A DNA stretch of 64,000 bases, taken from assembly GCA_024704765.1 (NCBI GenBank), contig JAKMXF010000348.1, positions 3,401 through 67,400 on the forward strand. The letters are read 5' to 3'. The notes beneath the pieces are model-generated. The model had not been told where the DNA came from and made no database searches. It saw only the letters and a list, made by a program, of their open reading frames with translations. Source of the stretch: Oopsacas minuta (taxonomy: Eukaryota > Animalia > Porifera). The first letter of the stretch is position 1. Every line of letters starts with the position of its first letter. Positions 48,103 through 61,486 of the stretch are shown in pieces. The translations under genes and the position numbers were made by a program.

Positions 48103-49413
48103 CAGGGTGTCTAATAAGTTCTGTTATACATTTTCGCGCCTTAGACAGTAGCTATTAATATACTTATGAAGTAATCTTCTAGAATTTCTTGTAGCATTTT
48201 TGGCGCTCTTTCAAATTATACCAAGTATATATCATTCAAGTTGATGACTTCCCAGAAAATCATGCTAGAAGAAATTCGTTCAAAAATTGTCAGTTTTCAC
48301 GAATCTGGATTCAGCAATAGTGAAATTCTAAAAAGGCAAAAAAATGATAAAGTCAATCCCATGTTGATCTATCGCACAATAAAACGATATATAGAGACTG
48401 GCAGCGTGTCCGACAGGAAACGAGTTGATCGTCCAAGATCCGCTCGCACACCAGCCCTGAAGAATAGTGTTAGATGTCGAATCCTGAGAAATCCACGGCT
48501 TTCAATGCGAAAAATGTCTCGTGAATTCTGTGTCAATCACGAAACGATGCGGAATTTGGTTGTAGAGGACCTAGGAATGAAGTCCTATAAGCGGAAAACG
48601 TACACCATCTTAACGACTCCATAGGTCGTAAGCGACTCGAAAGATGCATACAACTGAAAGTCGGATTCGCTCCTGGGACTGAAGATCAGATTCTCTTCTC
48701 AGATGAGAAGCTGTTCACGGTTGAGGAGGCAAGCAATCGTCAAAACGACCGTATACTTGCTTCTCGAAGTCAGGATATCCCAGATAGCATCAAGTACATT
48801 GATAGAGTCCAGAAGCCTCTTTCTCTGATGGTATGGGCGGGAGTGTCGGCAGACTCACGGACAAACCTGATTTTTGTCCCCCAAGGAGTGAAAATAAACT
48901 CCCAGACGTACAGAGAACTGGTCTTCGAGCCTGAAATTGCGTCTGCTGGTGAGAAGCTCTTTCAAAACCATCCTTGGACTTACCAACAAGACTCTGCGCC
49001 TGCACATGCTTCAAAAGTATCCCAGAGTTGGTTCCATGAGCAAAATATCGATTTCATAAGTAAGGATGAATAGCCACCATCAAGCCCAGATTTAAACCCA
49101 CTCGACTATTCTGTTTGGGCAAACTTGGAGAGCAGGGCCTGTGCGAAATCTCACAAGAGTTTGGAGTCCCTCAAAGTTAGTTTGTTGAGTGAATGGCAGA
49201 AAATCCCACAGGAGGAGCTGCGAAAAGCTGTCCATCAGTTTCGGAGCAGACTAACTTCCGTAGGTCATAAAAAGGGAGGCTATATTGAATGATAATTGTA
49301 ATTTGTAATTAGGAACATAAGTCCTAAGAAAATAGAAAGTTTCATGGCTTTACAATGGATAAATTTGAAATTATTGGGGAATTGATATATAACAGAACTT
49401 ATTAGACACCCTG
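48103..49413 (+). mobile_element. full-length but inactivated Tc1/mariner element, DD37D (maT) family, 1311 bp
   Basis: 26-bp TIR CAGGGTGTCTAATAAGTTCTGTTATA with TA TSD. Motifs FSDEKLF, WAGVS, QQDSAPAH, SPDLNPLDY with 37 residues between D2 and D3. Frameshift near 48610 and TAG replacing Trp at 49071-49073. Confidence 0.92.
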
Positions 49414-49877
49414 TATATCTATCATACGTAAAGAAATTAATTTGAAATCGTCATTGAGACAGAAAATACGCATGAAATTATACTAGTTGTGATATTTATT
49501 GGCTACACCAAAATAGGTAATGAATTATTCCCACTTGCAATTATAAATCAATTATATTACTGATTACTCAGGTTTCAACTCTATAGATTCCTCTAATTAC
49601 TTAGTATTATTGAGAAGCAATTCAGATACAGTATTTCAATGTATTAGATATTCTATCGAATATTTATCAGCGTGTACCATGTGTCATTTATGGTGGCCTA
49701 TTAGTATATGTGACCCATATGACCCATTATATATGTTCCCACGAACATTAAAATAAGTGACTCGTGATGCAACAACTCATCCAATAAAAACAACAACAAC
49801 AACAACAACAACAAACAGTGTAAATTCTCTCTCTCTTCTCTTCTCTTCTCTCCTCTCCTCTACAAACACCTCCAGGA

Positions 49878-50942
49878 CTGCTAATCCCAATGAGTCTTTA
49901 CCGTCCACCCAAGAATTATTCTCGCGTGTATTGCGTGAAGTTACACCAAGCCTCTCTCCGCCTCAGCGCGCTGAATTTGACGATCTGGCAGCACAAGTAT
50001 CGGAGTTGTCGCTCTCACATGCTGAGGTAACTGCTGGGATAAAGCGTGATGTAGAGGAAATAAAGTTAGACATGGCAGTAATGAGATCTGCAATTGAAGC
50101 CCTCGGAAAGAACGAGCGTGATAAGGAGGAACTACAGACAACAATTGCAAGACTTGAGTCAGCGGTTATCCAGCTTCGTGATGAGAATGAGCAACTGCTA
50201 GAGCAGCAAAGCAGAGATGTTACTGCACAGGTTGCATCGTCTACTCAGTCTCTACCATCATTCGTATCTCCGATCAGATCATCTACTCCGAAAATGGGTG
50301 TCAGCCGTGGTGATCCTGATGAATCTTATCACATCATCCGAGAGGCCTCGTGGAGGAACCAGAGATCTAAAGAAATGTGAAGAAATGTGGGTTAAAACTT
50401 AGAAAAAACAACTCACCAAAACCGGTCAGGCGGTTTGCACTGACTGGTTGATCTCAAGTTCCTCGCACGAGACCATCTCGGACAAGCTGGTAAAGACTCA
50501 TCAAGACCGTCACGGCTGACACCCATTTTCGGAGTAGATGATCTGATCGGAGATACGAATGATGGTAGAGACTGAGTAGACGATGCAACCTGTGCAGTAA
50601 CATCTCTGCTTTGCTGCTCTAGCAGTTGCTCATTCTCATCACGAAGCTGGGTAACCGCTGACTCAAGTCTTGCAATAGTTGCCTGTAGTTCCTCCTTATC
50701 ACGCTCGTTCATCCCGAGGGCTTCAATTGCAGATCTCATTACTACCATGTCTAACTTTATTTCCTCTACATCACGCTTTAACCCAGCAGTTACCTCACTA
50801 TGTTAGAGCGACAACTCCGATTCTTGTGCAGCCAGATCGTCAAATTCAACGCGCTGAGGCGGAGAGAGGCTTGGTGTAGCTTCACACAATACACGCGAGG
50901 ATAATTCTTGGGTGGGCGGTAGAGACTCATAGAGATTAGCAG
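49878..50942. repeat. 450-bp inverted duplication (arms 49878-50327 and 50493-50942) of a coiled-coil-coding, higher-GC sequence
   Basis: The plus ORF 49757-50380 and the minus ORFs 50803-51093 and 50413-50748 encode near-identical peptides (SLSPPQR.EFDDLAAQ.SELSL; MRSAIEALG.NERDKEELQ). The minus copy has a TAA at 50803-50805. Confidence 0.92.
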
Positions 50943-51449
50943 CCACCGGAGGGTAAGTAGGGAGAGAGTGAGAGAAAGAGAGAGAGACAGAGGGTTGTTG
51001 TTGTTGTGATTGCGGGTCCGGCGGTTCTGGCGGTTCTGGAGTCGGGAATTGGGCGGGTGGAACCCTCTCCAAACATGGGAAGTATCTTCTCATGTTCCTA
51101 AATACAATATAGAATAAAAGATATGACTTAGATAAGTCGTGACAAACTTACCTTAGAAAAAGTTTGATCCGATGGTGCAGTCTGAACAATCTTATAATAT
51201 GGTGTATTTATGTGATAAAATTGTAAATAAATATCTGAATAAATCTTCTTCCTTATATACCTGACCTCACGCCTCTTGGGAGGTTTAGAACAAGTAGTAA
51301 TACCAATTGTTAACGTAATTGTTAAAATATTTCCCCATATCTATTTTACTGTTTTGTGATGCATAAAGTGTTAATTATTTAATAGACACCAGCGGCCTAG
51401 GTGAGGATTATTTTCAAAGAAATTCTTGACCAAATACAGAAAGTGTTAA

Positions 51450-54400
51450 CCTTTGTCAGGTACCGCCAAATATTTCTGGCTAAACATAGAATTTGTTAAC
51501 CAAAAATATTTCTGAATAATATAGAATTTGTTAACCAAATTGTTTCTAAATAAATATAGAATTTGTTACCAAATTATTTCTGAATAAATATAGAATATGT
51601 TACCAAATTCTTTCTGAGTAAATATATAATTTGTTAACCAAATTATCTCTTAATAAATACATAATTTGTTACCAAATTATTTCTGAATAAATATATAATT
51701 TGTTACCAAATTCTTTCTGAATAAATATATAATTTGTTAACCAAATTATCTCTAAATAAATATAGAATTTGTTACGAAATTATTTCTGGATAAATATAGG
51801 ATTTGTTACCAAATTATTTCTGAATAATATAGAATTTGTTAACCAAAATATTTGCCATATTTTCCAATCTCATCTCTATAAATTATACATATTATCTAAT
51901 ATATCCTACCAAGTATCTGCTTTATTTATCAAATAGCACCTACACTTAGAGGTTGTCATGTATCATCTGTTCAATAGTGTTGTTATGTATCAAATATCTA
52001 GTAATTATTCCAATTGTATTTGTGGTTTAGACAATGGTTCCGAAAATTACACACTAATTGATTGTTACTCAATGAGAACAATAGTGGCAAGTAAATAATG
52101 CCACACGATGAACATAATAGCAAATCTGGTTGATGGGTTTCTAAAATTCTGAAATACTATAAATAATGTCCAGGATAGGAAAAAAGTAACAATTGAAATT
52201 GTAACCAGAATCCATGTCCTCATCTGAAAGTGACGAAGAATATTTCTTGTCTGAATACGAGCAGATTTGTAGCAATGATGAATTTTGCCAAAGTTGTGAT
52301 AGTAACGATGATGATGATCCTCAATTATCATTCGAGTTTCCAAATCTTGAAATTCAAGAATCGGAATCTCCTGTAGAAGGTTCAAAAAAGAGAGGCATTT
52401 CAGCAAATTCCGCATCAGCGAAACGGCTACGTGTTTGGAGTAATCACGGGTCGAAACCAACGAAAGAGTGTACCACTGTCAAATACATTGGTGAGATAGA
52501 TGGTAGAACTAGCTTAGCCTGTATCCCAGTGTACAATATGTCAGCTGAGCCACCAAGATATTTTACTCCTGGTAAAGAATGGGAAAAACGGACAAAATTT
52601 GACGTGGATAGGCAATTTACTTCACAATCTGGGTTGCAAAGATCAGATCTCTACCTATTTGCAATCGAAGCAAATAAAGAAACAACCTCACAAGTGGAAA
52701 AGCCAAACGGCCGTAGATGTCTACCCAAGTTGACTTCACCAATTGAGCGATTCTACACTGAGCTTTGGAATAACGAATCACGTGAGTTGGTGAAAAATTT
52801 CCATTTTTCCATGAGCCGTATGAAGATGCGCTGAAAGTGATTAGAACTCCAGAAAACATATTTACAAATGTTCCGTTACCAATACATGAACCATTCGAGC
52901 CACTACACCCACAACCACCTCATGTAGAACATTGCTTGTCTGAAGAAGGTAAATACTTATTAGATTCAGAGAACCCTATTGACTTCTTCGAAGCATTATT
53001 CCGAAAATATGAATTTGTCTCTCTATTGAACAAAATCCAACGATTTAGAAAACAAAAACATTTCGACAGAGCGCCATACAATTACGCAATCCCAACATAT
53101 GAGGAAATCAAATGTTTCGTGGGTTTATTGCTTTGGACATCTCTTGTTCCCTTTCCTAATCGTCGCTCATATTTCACAAACTCCGAGATCTACGACTTGC
53201 CAAACTTCAAAAAGCATGTAACAAGAGACAGATTTGAAGAACTTTTGAAAATGCTCCATCTCACAGATAATGAGCAAATAGAAGATAACTTGATTGCTGC
53301 GAAAAGGTTTGAAGCAAAAATGGGGAATTTTTTGTCATCATTCAACGCAAATTCCAAAAGATTGTTAGCTCCAGCCAGATCGTTATCAATTGACGAAATG
53401 ATGGTAAAGTTTTATGGAAGAAGCGTTATACGACAATACATAAAATCTAAACCAACAAAATATGGTGTGAAGCTATGGTCAATTTGCTGCTCCTGTTGTG
53501 GCTATTCACTTACCCAAAACATCTACCTGGGCAGTACAGTTGAAAAGGTTGGTGGACGTGACGTTGTACTTCAGCTAACAGAGCCATATCTGGATAAAGG
53601 TCACGTCAAATATTGCGACCGCTTCTTTTCGCATCTGGATATTGCTGCATATTTGAGGTCCAGAAAGACAGGAATGGTAGGCACATCTAATCTGAAATCT
53701 TTGCCAGCGGATATGGCTTATCTTGTGCATCAGATGCACCCACTCACATGGGTGTTCAAGTGGTTCCAACAAAAGGCCGATATAAAATATAAATGTAACG
53801 GTACAAATCATCACGTTCAAGCGAATGAACCTGTCTCCATAGTTGTATGGATGGACAAGAAATATCGGTCTGATGACAAAAAGGTAGTCTTTATTCATAA
53901 TTGCCTCCCAAGCATCCCGAGTGAAGAATTTCAACTACAACAAAAGAACATCCGCGATGAAAAATACAAATATCACAGACAACCAATTACTAGTTCACCA
54001 ATATTGAAAGCATATAACAACCGGATGGGAGGAGTTGATAGACATGACAGACTAGTAGGCCATCACCTAATCAAATTGTCGTCCAAGCGAGGGTACATAA
54101 AAGTATTTTTTCATCTACTCGATTCTGTAGTGGTCAATGCTTGGATTCTTTTCAAGACTGCAAGAAAGATGAAAGGTTGTTGGAAGGCCGCTGATGAACG
54201 AAGATATACTTTGGCCTGGTTCAAAGAAAATATCATTATTTCTCTATGTGGAAATTTACGTTAAGGAAGCAAACTCATACAACTATATCACAATCAACTA
54301 TATTACAGCCAACGCTTTCAATCAATTCAATCGAGTCAATCCTAAACCATCAAGTCCAACCGGTTTCCCAAATTCCTGGTATGGTCTCCACTCCTTCCAG

Positions 54401-54569
54401 ATGTGTTGGATGCTCTGTGTTGAAGAGAACAGCATGTGTTGAGTGCAAATTACCATATTGCTACAATTGTGGGGTAATTCACCAGAAAGAAATGCTGATA
54501 AAACACAAAAGTCCCAAATGGGACAGCATTCAAGAAAGTGAAAACCTAGCGGATCAGTTCAGCCCCTAG
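51450..54569 (+). mobile_element. decayed piggyBac element
   Basis: TTAA|CCTTTGTCAGG candidate left end at 51446-51460. Catalytic motifs SIDEMMV, YCDRFFS and YNNRMGGVDRHD, plus C-terminal CVGC...CVEC...CYNC. The transposase is split over three frames (52214, 52837, 54246). Right TIR not found. Confidence 0.85.
51480..51850. repeat. AT-rich minisatellite, about 35-bp unit, about 10 copies
   Basis: Head-to-tail repeats of AATTTGTT(A)ACCAAATTATTTCTGAATAAATATAG just inside the piggyBac left end. Confidence 0.9.
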
Positions 54570-54704
54570 CTAGGCGGAACCGAGCAGTTCTGACTAAACT
54601 GACCTGAACATAGTATTTGAAATATCATTGGTTATTCAATTACATATATACTCTCATCCACAAATCAATATGACTAAATAAATGATTGCTCACCTCATTA
54701 ATTA

Positions 54705-57332
54705 CACTACGTAACACAATTTTTGTTTGGCTTCAATTTTTGATGTTCCCTTATGTTTTTTGCGTCGCTGAATTCAAAAATCGTGTTAGTTTTTCCATAT
54801 CATCAATGCTTTTTGACGTATTTACACTTTTTGCTTTTTCCGAACAAGTTGTGTTGTTCATTATATGCAAATTTACCTACAGCTCTTGTAATAGATTTAA
54901 ACACGTAGTGATGTGTTGATAAGTTAATTTGAACATGAAAATCATTACCAAACAGTACATTGCTGATTACAAGTCCTAAAGAAAACAAAACGCACTCATG
55001 TTAGAGAGTTAAAATACTTCAAAAATGAACTGTTAAACGAGCTTTTCTTTTGTGACCAGAAATGTCTTCCCTTATCAAAAACCACATGTAGTCGCCCATC
55101 ATTGCACTGTCCCAGCGGCCCTGATACAGTCTTTCCACTAGCTGAATATCTTGGTGAAATCTCTCGCCATGTTCCTCGCTGAAATCCCCCAAATTTTCTT
55201 GAAAGAGGTCAAGATGAGAGCATAGAAAATGAAGTTTCAACGACATGCGACATCCCATCTTTTGGTAGCTTGTGATCAGAGTATTCACTATCTCTTCATA
55301 ATTAGGATCTTTGTTATTTCCTAAAAAGCCACTAACTACATCACGAAATGCCTGCCATGCTTTTCTTTCTGTTTCGGTCATTTTACCCTCCAGGGTTCTT
55401 GACTTTAACATGGTGGTTATTTGGGGGCCAACAAATATTCCTCCCTTTAGTTTAGCATCTGATAATTTTGGAAACATTGCACGGATTTCTTGAAAAGCTT
55501 CTCCTTCAAAATCCAAAGCTTTAACAAATTGCTTTACTAAACCTAGTTTTATATGAAGAGGTGGTAGTAAAACTTTTTCCCGGCATACAAGTGGCTCTTT
55601 GATGACATTGTACTTTCCTGGCATTAATTCTTTTCTTGGCGACCATTGAATCTTCGAGTAGTGCTCTCCATCAGCTCTGCTGTTCCACAAACAAAGAAAA
55701 CATGAGTATTTGGTGTAACCACCCTGCAGTCCCAACAAAAACCCCAACATCTTAAAATCACCACAGAGCTGCCAGTTAAATTCAGCATAGTTTATTTTAA
55801 GCAGTAGTTGCTTGACATTTTCATAGTCTTCTTTCATTTGTATTGAATAAGCAAGTGGAATTGACGGATATTTGTTCCCATTATGAAGTAAAACTCTTTT
55901 AAGACTTTTGGTGGAACTGTCAATAAAAAGTCGCCACTGAGAAGGGTCATGTTCAATTCCAACAGCATCAAACAAACCATTCACATCTTTGCAATAGCAC
56001 AGATCTTGTATTACATCAAAGTAAACAGAATAGTCCAAGTGCCTCTTCCTGTAAGCAGTTATTTTGCAATCATCACGCAGCAAATTCCACTCGCTTAATC
56101 TTGACGTCAATAGCTCTACTGCAGATTTTGTTAGTTGCAGATCTCGTATTAAGTCATCTAATTCTCTCTTAGAAGGATAATGACGATCTGCACTTGTTGA
56201 TTGGAGATACTCCTCCTCAGCATCCGAAGTTTCACTTGACATCGAGTCTTCACATTCAGTATTAAACTCCAACTAAAATGACAAGAATAAAACACAAGAT
56301 GCAGATTGTGGGTCACCCTTACAGCATATAAGCTAGCGTAGCCTTATATTATAAAACATAAAACTACTTACATTTGCTGGTGGTTTTGGAACTGGTAAAG
56401 TTTCACTATGAGGAATAGGTGCAATGGATGATGGTATACTTGGATAAGTCAGTGCTCTTCTTCCCTTAACCTTGCGGTACTTAGCAATATTTACCATACA
56501 AAAGTAACAATCATCATGATGGTTTTGTGGCTCTCTCCAAACTCTTGGAATAGCAAATGGCATAACTCTAGCGAAACCCCTCAACCAAGCTTCAAGATTA
56601 GATCGACAGCTGCCACAAATCACATGTGGGGCCCAGGCCTTTTCCTGATCCCCAATGGACATCCCAAAATACAGTCTATACGCTTCCCAATACTTAGCTT
56701 CTTTTGATATTTTATTTGAAACATGTTTGTCACCAACATAATATCCACAAACATAGCAAAATGAGTCAGGTGAATTCTTGCATTGTCTACTAGCCATTGC
56801 AATTTCTAAATTTGAAAAACACTAACTTAACGTAAGAACAACCAGCAAGTTATTTCTGCCTCTCTGCTAAAGGCAGTTATACTTATGCTTATACTAGCTG
56901 CTGGTAGCTTATAGTATTAATATAAGTAAATACTTTCCAAGTGAAGGTACTGGATAGCAAATAAACTATACGCAAGAACGAAATTTCTAAGTTTTGCAAT
57001 CCTACCCCAGCCTGGAATTCTGATGCTGTTTAAGCTGTGCATTCGCAGACACTTTAAGTGTCTCCCAGAGCTTAAAAAGACAAGAGATAGTGAAGGGAGT
57101 GCAAAATGTTTGTTATCTTTATTGTTATAGCACAAAAGATTCTGATTGTGACGTACGTTTTTGCTGGGTTGGCTAAGCGTGTAACCTGCTCATATAAATA
57201 GGCTTCCTGAAAGCTAACGATCGATGATAGAAAAAAACTAATTGTATTTTCGGAATCAGCGCCTCAAAATTATCCATAAACAATCAAAATATCAAGCCAA
57301 ACAAAGATTTCATAAAAATTTGTTACGTAGTG
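54705..57332 (-). mobile_element. Chapaev3 (CMC) DNA transposon, 2628 bp, apparently intact
   Basis: TIR CACTACGTAACA at both ends with a 3-bp TTA (TWA) duplication at 54702-54704 and 57333-57335; encloses a spliced transposase. Confidence 0.85.
55019..56797 (-). CDS. Chapaev3 transposase, 559 aa, 2 exons (56797-56372, 56272-55019)
   Basis: N-terminal Zn finger FCYVCG...ICGSC...WREPQNHHDDCYFC; core LFIDSS, LCGDFKM, LLPPLHIKLGL, HFLCSH, SEEHGERFHQDI. A phase-0 99-nt GT-AG intron joins the ORFs with no stop. Confidence 0.88.
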
Positions 57333-58224
57333 TTATAAGCAATTACCTCAAGAAAATCAATTTTTCTGGAATTAGTAAGATGGTAGTATATATGTGAGAA
57401 TGACAATATCCTTCGATAGCTCGTTGGGAACTGAGTTAGGCATGTAAATATGATTCAAATCCAAATAAGTAGAAAAATATCATGTAAAGTTATAAGCTAA
57501 ATTGTAAAATATAATCAATAACATCCATCTTACAAAAAATAAGAGTTCATAGCAAGCCTGCCCAGTCTTATAAGCGGAAACGAGCAATCAAAAGTTTTCT
57601 TGAGTACTTTAGTTAGTAGAATTTCACACCAATAAGAGAATAAATATACACTGGATACACCATAAAAGAATACACTTTTTTGTATTATACACTGTACAAG
57701 AATATATTTTCAGATATTTTCTGTTTGGAACTACAGTCTCAAAATTGTTCCTTGAGAATATATTGTAACATATTATGGATACGTTTTCACAGCCTCACGA
57801 GGTGGTAGAGGCAATCTATTAGTTCCATAAATGGAGATGATTGAATGTGTAACATATAAGGACAAGTAAACTCGCAAATGCATAGAATAATTTTTCATGA
57901 ATAATATTGGATATCTATACTCAGCGAATACATAGAGTTAGTTATGGATTCCTATTGAAGCAATTAAAATGATAATTAATAGGATTATAATGAGAGCAAT
58001 TATACCACATAATACTACATTAGGTTTCATACCGTTAGATATATATTCATCAATGAAAGGTAATAAATATTTACCAGGTGTAAGAATCTAAAGATCTAAA
58101 AACGATATAAAAATACTGATTTCAGATTTCAGAATCTCATGGGCAAATTACCTAGGGGACGAAATTTCAAGAGATTCCATGAATTTTGTTATGAACGTAA
58201 AGTCGGCAATATTCGGTTAATATA

Positions 58225-61200
58225 TAATACAAAGAGTTGTCAGTCAATTTCATATGTCAATCTCTATTGACAGCAATATTTAACAAAAGACTTGTTTTTC
58301 ATTCAATTGCAAGTTTGTCACATATGAAAATAAATACTGAACTACACAATGTTCTGTTAGTCAATGTAGAGGTTCGGCACATTGAATTTGTGAAATGAAC
58401 TAACGGGGTGCTACTAAAAATCCGGACAACTTCACGAGTGTCAGATAATATCAATTACTATGTCACCATAAGTTTATATTATTTGATATTTAAGTATACA
58501 CTACTTGACAACTTCTAATTAGAAATTATTATTGAAACTGGTGTACTTCGCAAAATGGAGACCCTTTCAGAGAAGTAGAGAAGAGACAATGTTGTACAGT
58601 TCTATAAGGAGTACTCCGATAGGGGTGAGTGTTTCACCATTGACCATTGTATGAAGATGAAAATGAGGAGGAGTACATTATATGACATCTTGGGAAGTTA
58701 TGAGAGAAGGAAAACAGCAGAAAGGAAAGGGGGCAGTGGAAGAACCGCACAGAAACTGCTAGAATTGGAGAGGAGGCGGTTGAAACAGGCTGCCAATAAC
58801 AAGAAGAGGGTCAGTGACAGAAAACTGGCTGCGAAGTTCAATGTAAGCAGATCTTATGTAGGAAAGGTTCTCAGAAGTCAGAATGTAAAGTATTTTAAGG
58901 GACAGAAGTGCCCAGATTCAACTTTAGAACAACAAACACGACAGATAAAGTGCCTCAGGTCCATGAATCGGAAACTCTATCCGCCAAATTCAGATGTAGT
59001 GATCATTTTGGACGACGAGTCGTAATCCCTCTCAAACATGATGAAATCCCGGAAATGATGGTTTTCACTCAGATAACAAGAAGAATACCCCATTCAGTGT
59101 AAAATACAAACGAAACAGAAGTTTGCTCCAAAGGTCATGATTTGGCTCGCAATCAGCGAACGGGCCACTCCGACGTCTATGTGAAACCATCAAGTTTGGG
59201 CATTAATAGTGGAGTATATATTGATGAATGTATTTGTGCAAGATTGGTTCCTTTTATCAATCAATTGCACAAAGACGACGAAATCTTGTTTTAGCTAGAT
59301 CTAGCAAGCTCCCATTTCTCTATAGCGACCAGAGCTTGCACAAAGAGATCGGAATTAATGTTGTCCCCAAAGAAATGAACCCTCCCAACGTCCCCCAACT
59401 ACGGCCTATTGAAAATTTTTTGGGAATTCTTAAAGCAGAGGTCTATAAGGGTGCTAGGAGGCCAAAAGCGTCGCTTAATTGGTTAATAGAATAAAGAAAT
59501 GTCTAGCTAAAATGGACTGGACATCTGTCCAGGCAATGATGCGGACTTGTAAAACAAACATCAGAAAGGCAGCAGAGAAAACACCTCTCGTAATGCTATA
59601 ATTGACACTATATGAACTTTTGACTATGAATGATGTATATACAAATGCCGAATGAATAGGCCACAACATAGTCCATTCAAGTCCTGATCAAAACCAGTCC
59701 GGATTTTTAGTTGCACCCCGTTATACCAAAGAGTTGTCAGTCAATTTCAAAACTGAGAGTATATTCACTCCAAAACTGGAATATCCAAAACTTTTTAGCT
59801 CTATTTCATTTACTACGCAATTTAAGTGAGATACTGAACTATTCAAAGTTTTGTTAGTGTACTTGCCATAACAGCACATAGAAATCTGAAATGAACTATA
59901 CTAACAGTTGTCGCACAATTTCAAAAGTCAGCACATAGTCACTCCAATACTAGAATATACAAAGCTTTTTGACTCTATTTCAAATACGGAACATAGGAAG
60001 TGAAATACTCAAAGATCCAAAGTTTCGAAGTGTATTTTCCTAATTCCTCAAATGTAAATTGTGAAATATACTATACAAAGAGTTGTCATCAATTTCATAT
60101 GTTTCAAATTTTGGCAAGTAGGAAGTGAAATACTGAACTATACAAAGAGTTGTCAGTCAATTTCAAACGTCAGTACATAGTCACAGCAATATTGTGCTCT
60201 AAAAGCTTTTTCACTCATTTTCAAATTTTGGCACATAGAAATAGTGAAACCCAATTATTCAAATAGTTGTCAATCAATTTGATGTGTCAACACATATATT
60301 CATAACAATATTTGACTACATTCAAAACTTTTTGATCACTTTCCAAATGCGGCACAATTGAAGTGAAACACAGAGGTATACAAACCTTTGTTAGTCAATT
60401 TCAAATTTGGAGACACAGAAATTGTGAAACTAAACCATTCAACGAGTTGTCAGTCAATTTTAAAAGGCAGCACATATTCACTGCAATACTGGACAAAACA
60501 AAGCTTATTCATTCAATTTCAAGTTTGTCACATACGAAGTGAAATACAAATCTATACTTAGTTCTGTTAGTCAAATTCAATTCTCAGCACATAGAAATTG
60601 TGAAATATATAATATAAGTGTTGTTAGTCAATTTCAATGTCATCCCATATCCACAACGATATTAAACTACATATAGAGCTTTTGAATCATTTTCATATGC
60701 GGAACTATAGAAGTGAAACACAGAAGTATACAAAGCTTTGTTAGTCAATATCAAATGTGTATACATAGAAATTGTGAAATAATGATCTACATATTGATGT
60801 CAGTCAATTTCAAAGGTCAGCACATATCCCCTGCCGTACTTGACTTTACCAAGATTTTCAATCAATTCCAATTGCGGCACAATTGAAGTAAAACACTGAA
60901 CTATACAAAACTATGTTTGTCAATTTCAAATTTGGAGACACAGAAATTGTGAAACTAAGCTATTCAAAGAGTTATCAGTCAATTTCAAATGTCAGCGCAT
61001 CTTCACTGCAATACTGGGATATACAAAGCTTTTTCACTCAATTTCAAATACGGCACATAGGAAGTGAAATACTAAACTATACAAAAGGTTTCTCACTCAA
61101 TTTCATATCTCAATACATATTTTCTGCAATACTGCACAATACTAAGCTTTTGAACTTAAATCATACATTTTGCTTGCCAGATTCGAAAGGAATATGCCTA
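58225..61200. repeat. satellite-like array of about 58-bp diverged monomers in an approximately 175-bp three-monomer repeat
   Basis: Recurrent TACAAAGAGTTGTCAGTCAATTTCA / GCACATAG motifs with about 175-bp spacing (for example about 60444, 60794, 60969). Related copies at about 47630-47830 and in reverse orientation at about 61210-61485 and 62404-62650. Confidence 0.85.
58403..59721 (+). mobile_element. inactivated Tc1-like element, DD37E (TRT-like), 1319 bp, inserted into the satellite
   Basis: TIR ACGGGGTGC(T/A)ACTAAAAATCCGGAC with TA TSD. Motifs ILDDES, F*LDLASSHF, NPPNVPQLRPIENF with about 37 residues from D2 to E after one frameshift correction. Several stops. Confidence 0.88.
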
Positions 61201-61486
61201 GATGGTTGAAATTGAATGAAGAACCATGTACCTGTTCATTTCAACATATATATACAACTCAAAGGTGCAGTTGAATGTAGAGTCATGTACATAGTAGATA
61301 CAATGTGGATATGTACAGACATTTGAAAATGCAAAGAGTCATGCTACATGTCAGATTCAAAGTCAATATGTGTAACAATTGAAATTGGATGAAGATTAAA
61401 AAACATGTCAGATTCAACGTAAATATGTACAAACTGCTGAAATTGAATAAAGAGTCATGTTATATTTCAGATTCAAAGTGAATATA

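Noticed and set aside
51480-51850. CRISPR-like array
   Set aside because: The units are head-to-tail with no unique spacers, the context is eukaryotic and there are no cas genes.
54570-54610. Candidate right TIR of the piggyBac
   Set aside because: Only patchy similarity to the left end and no flanking TTAA.
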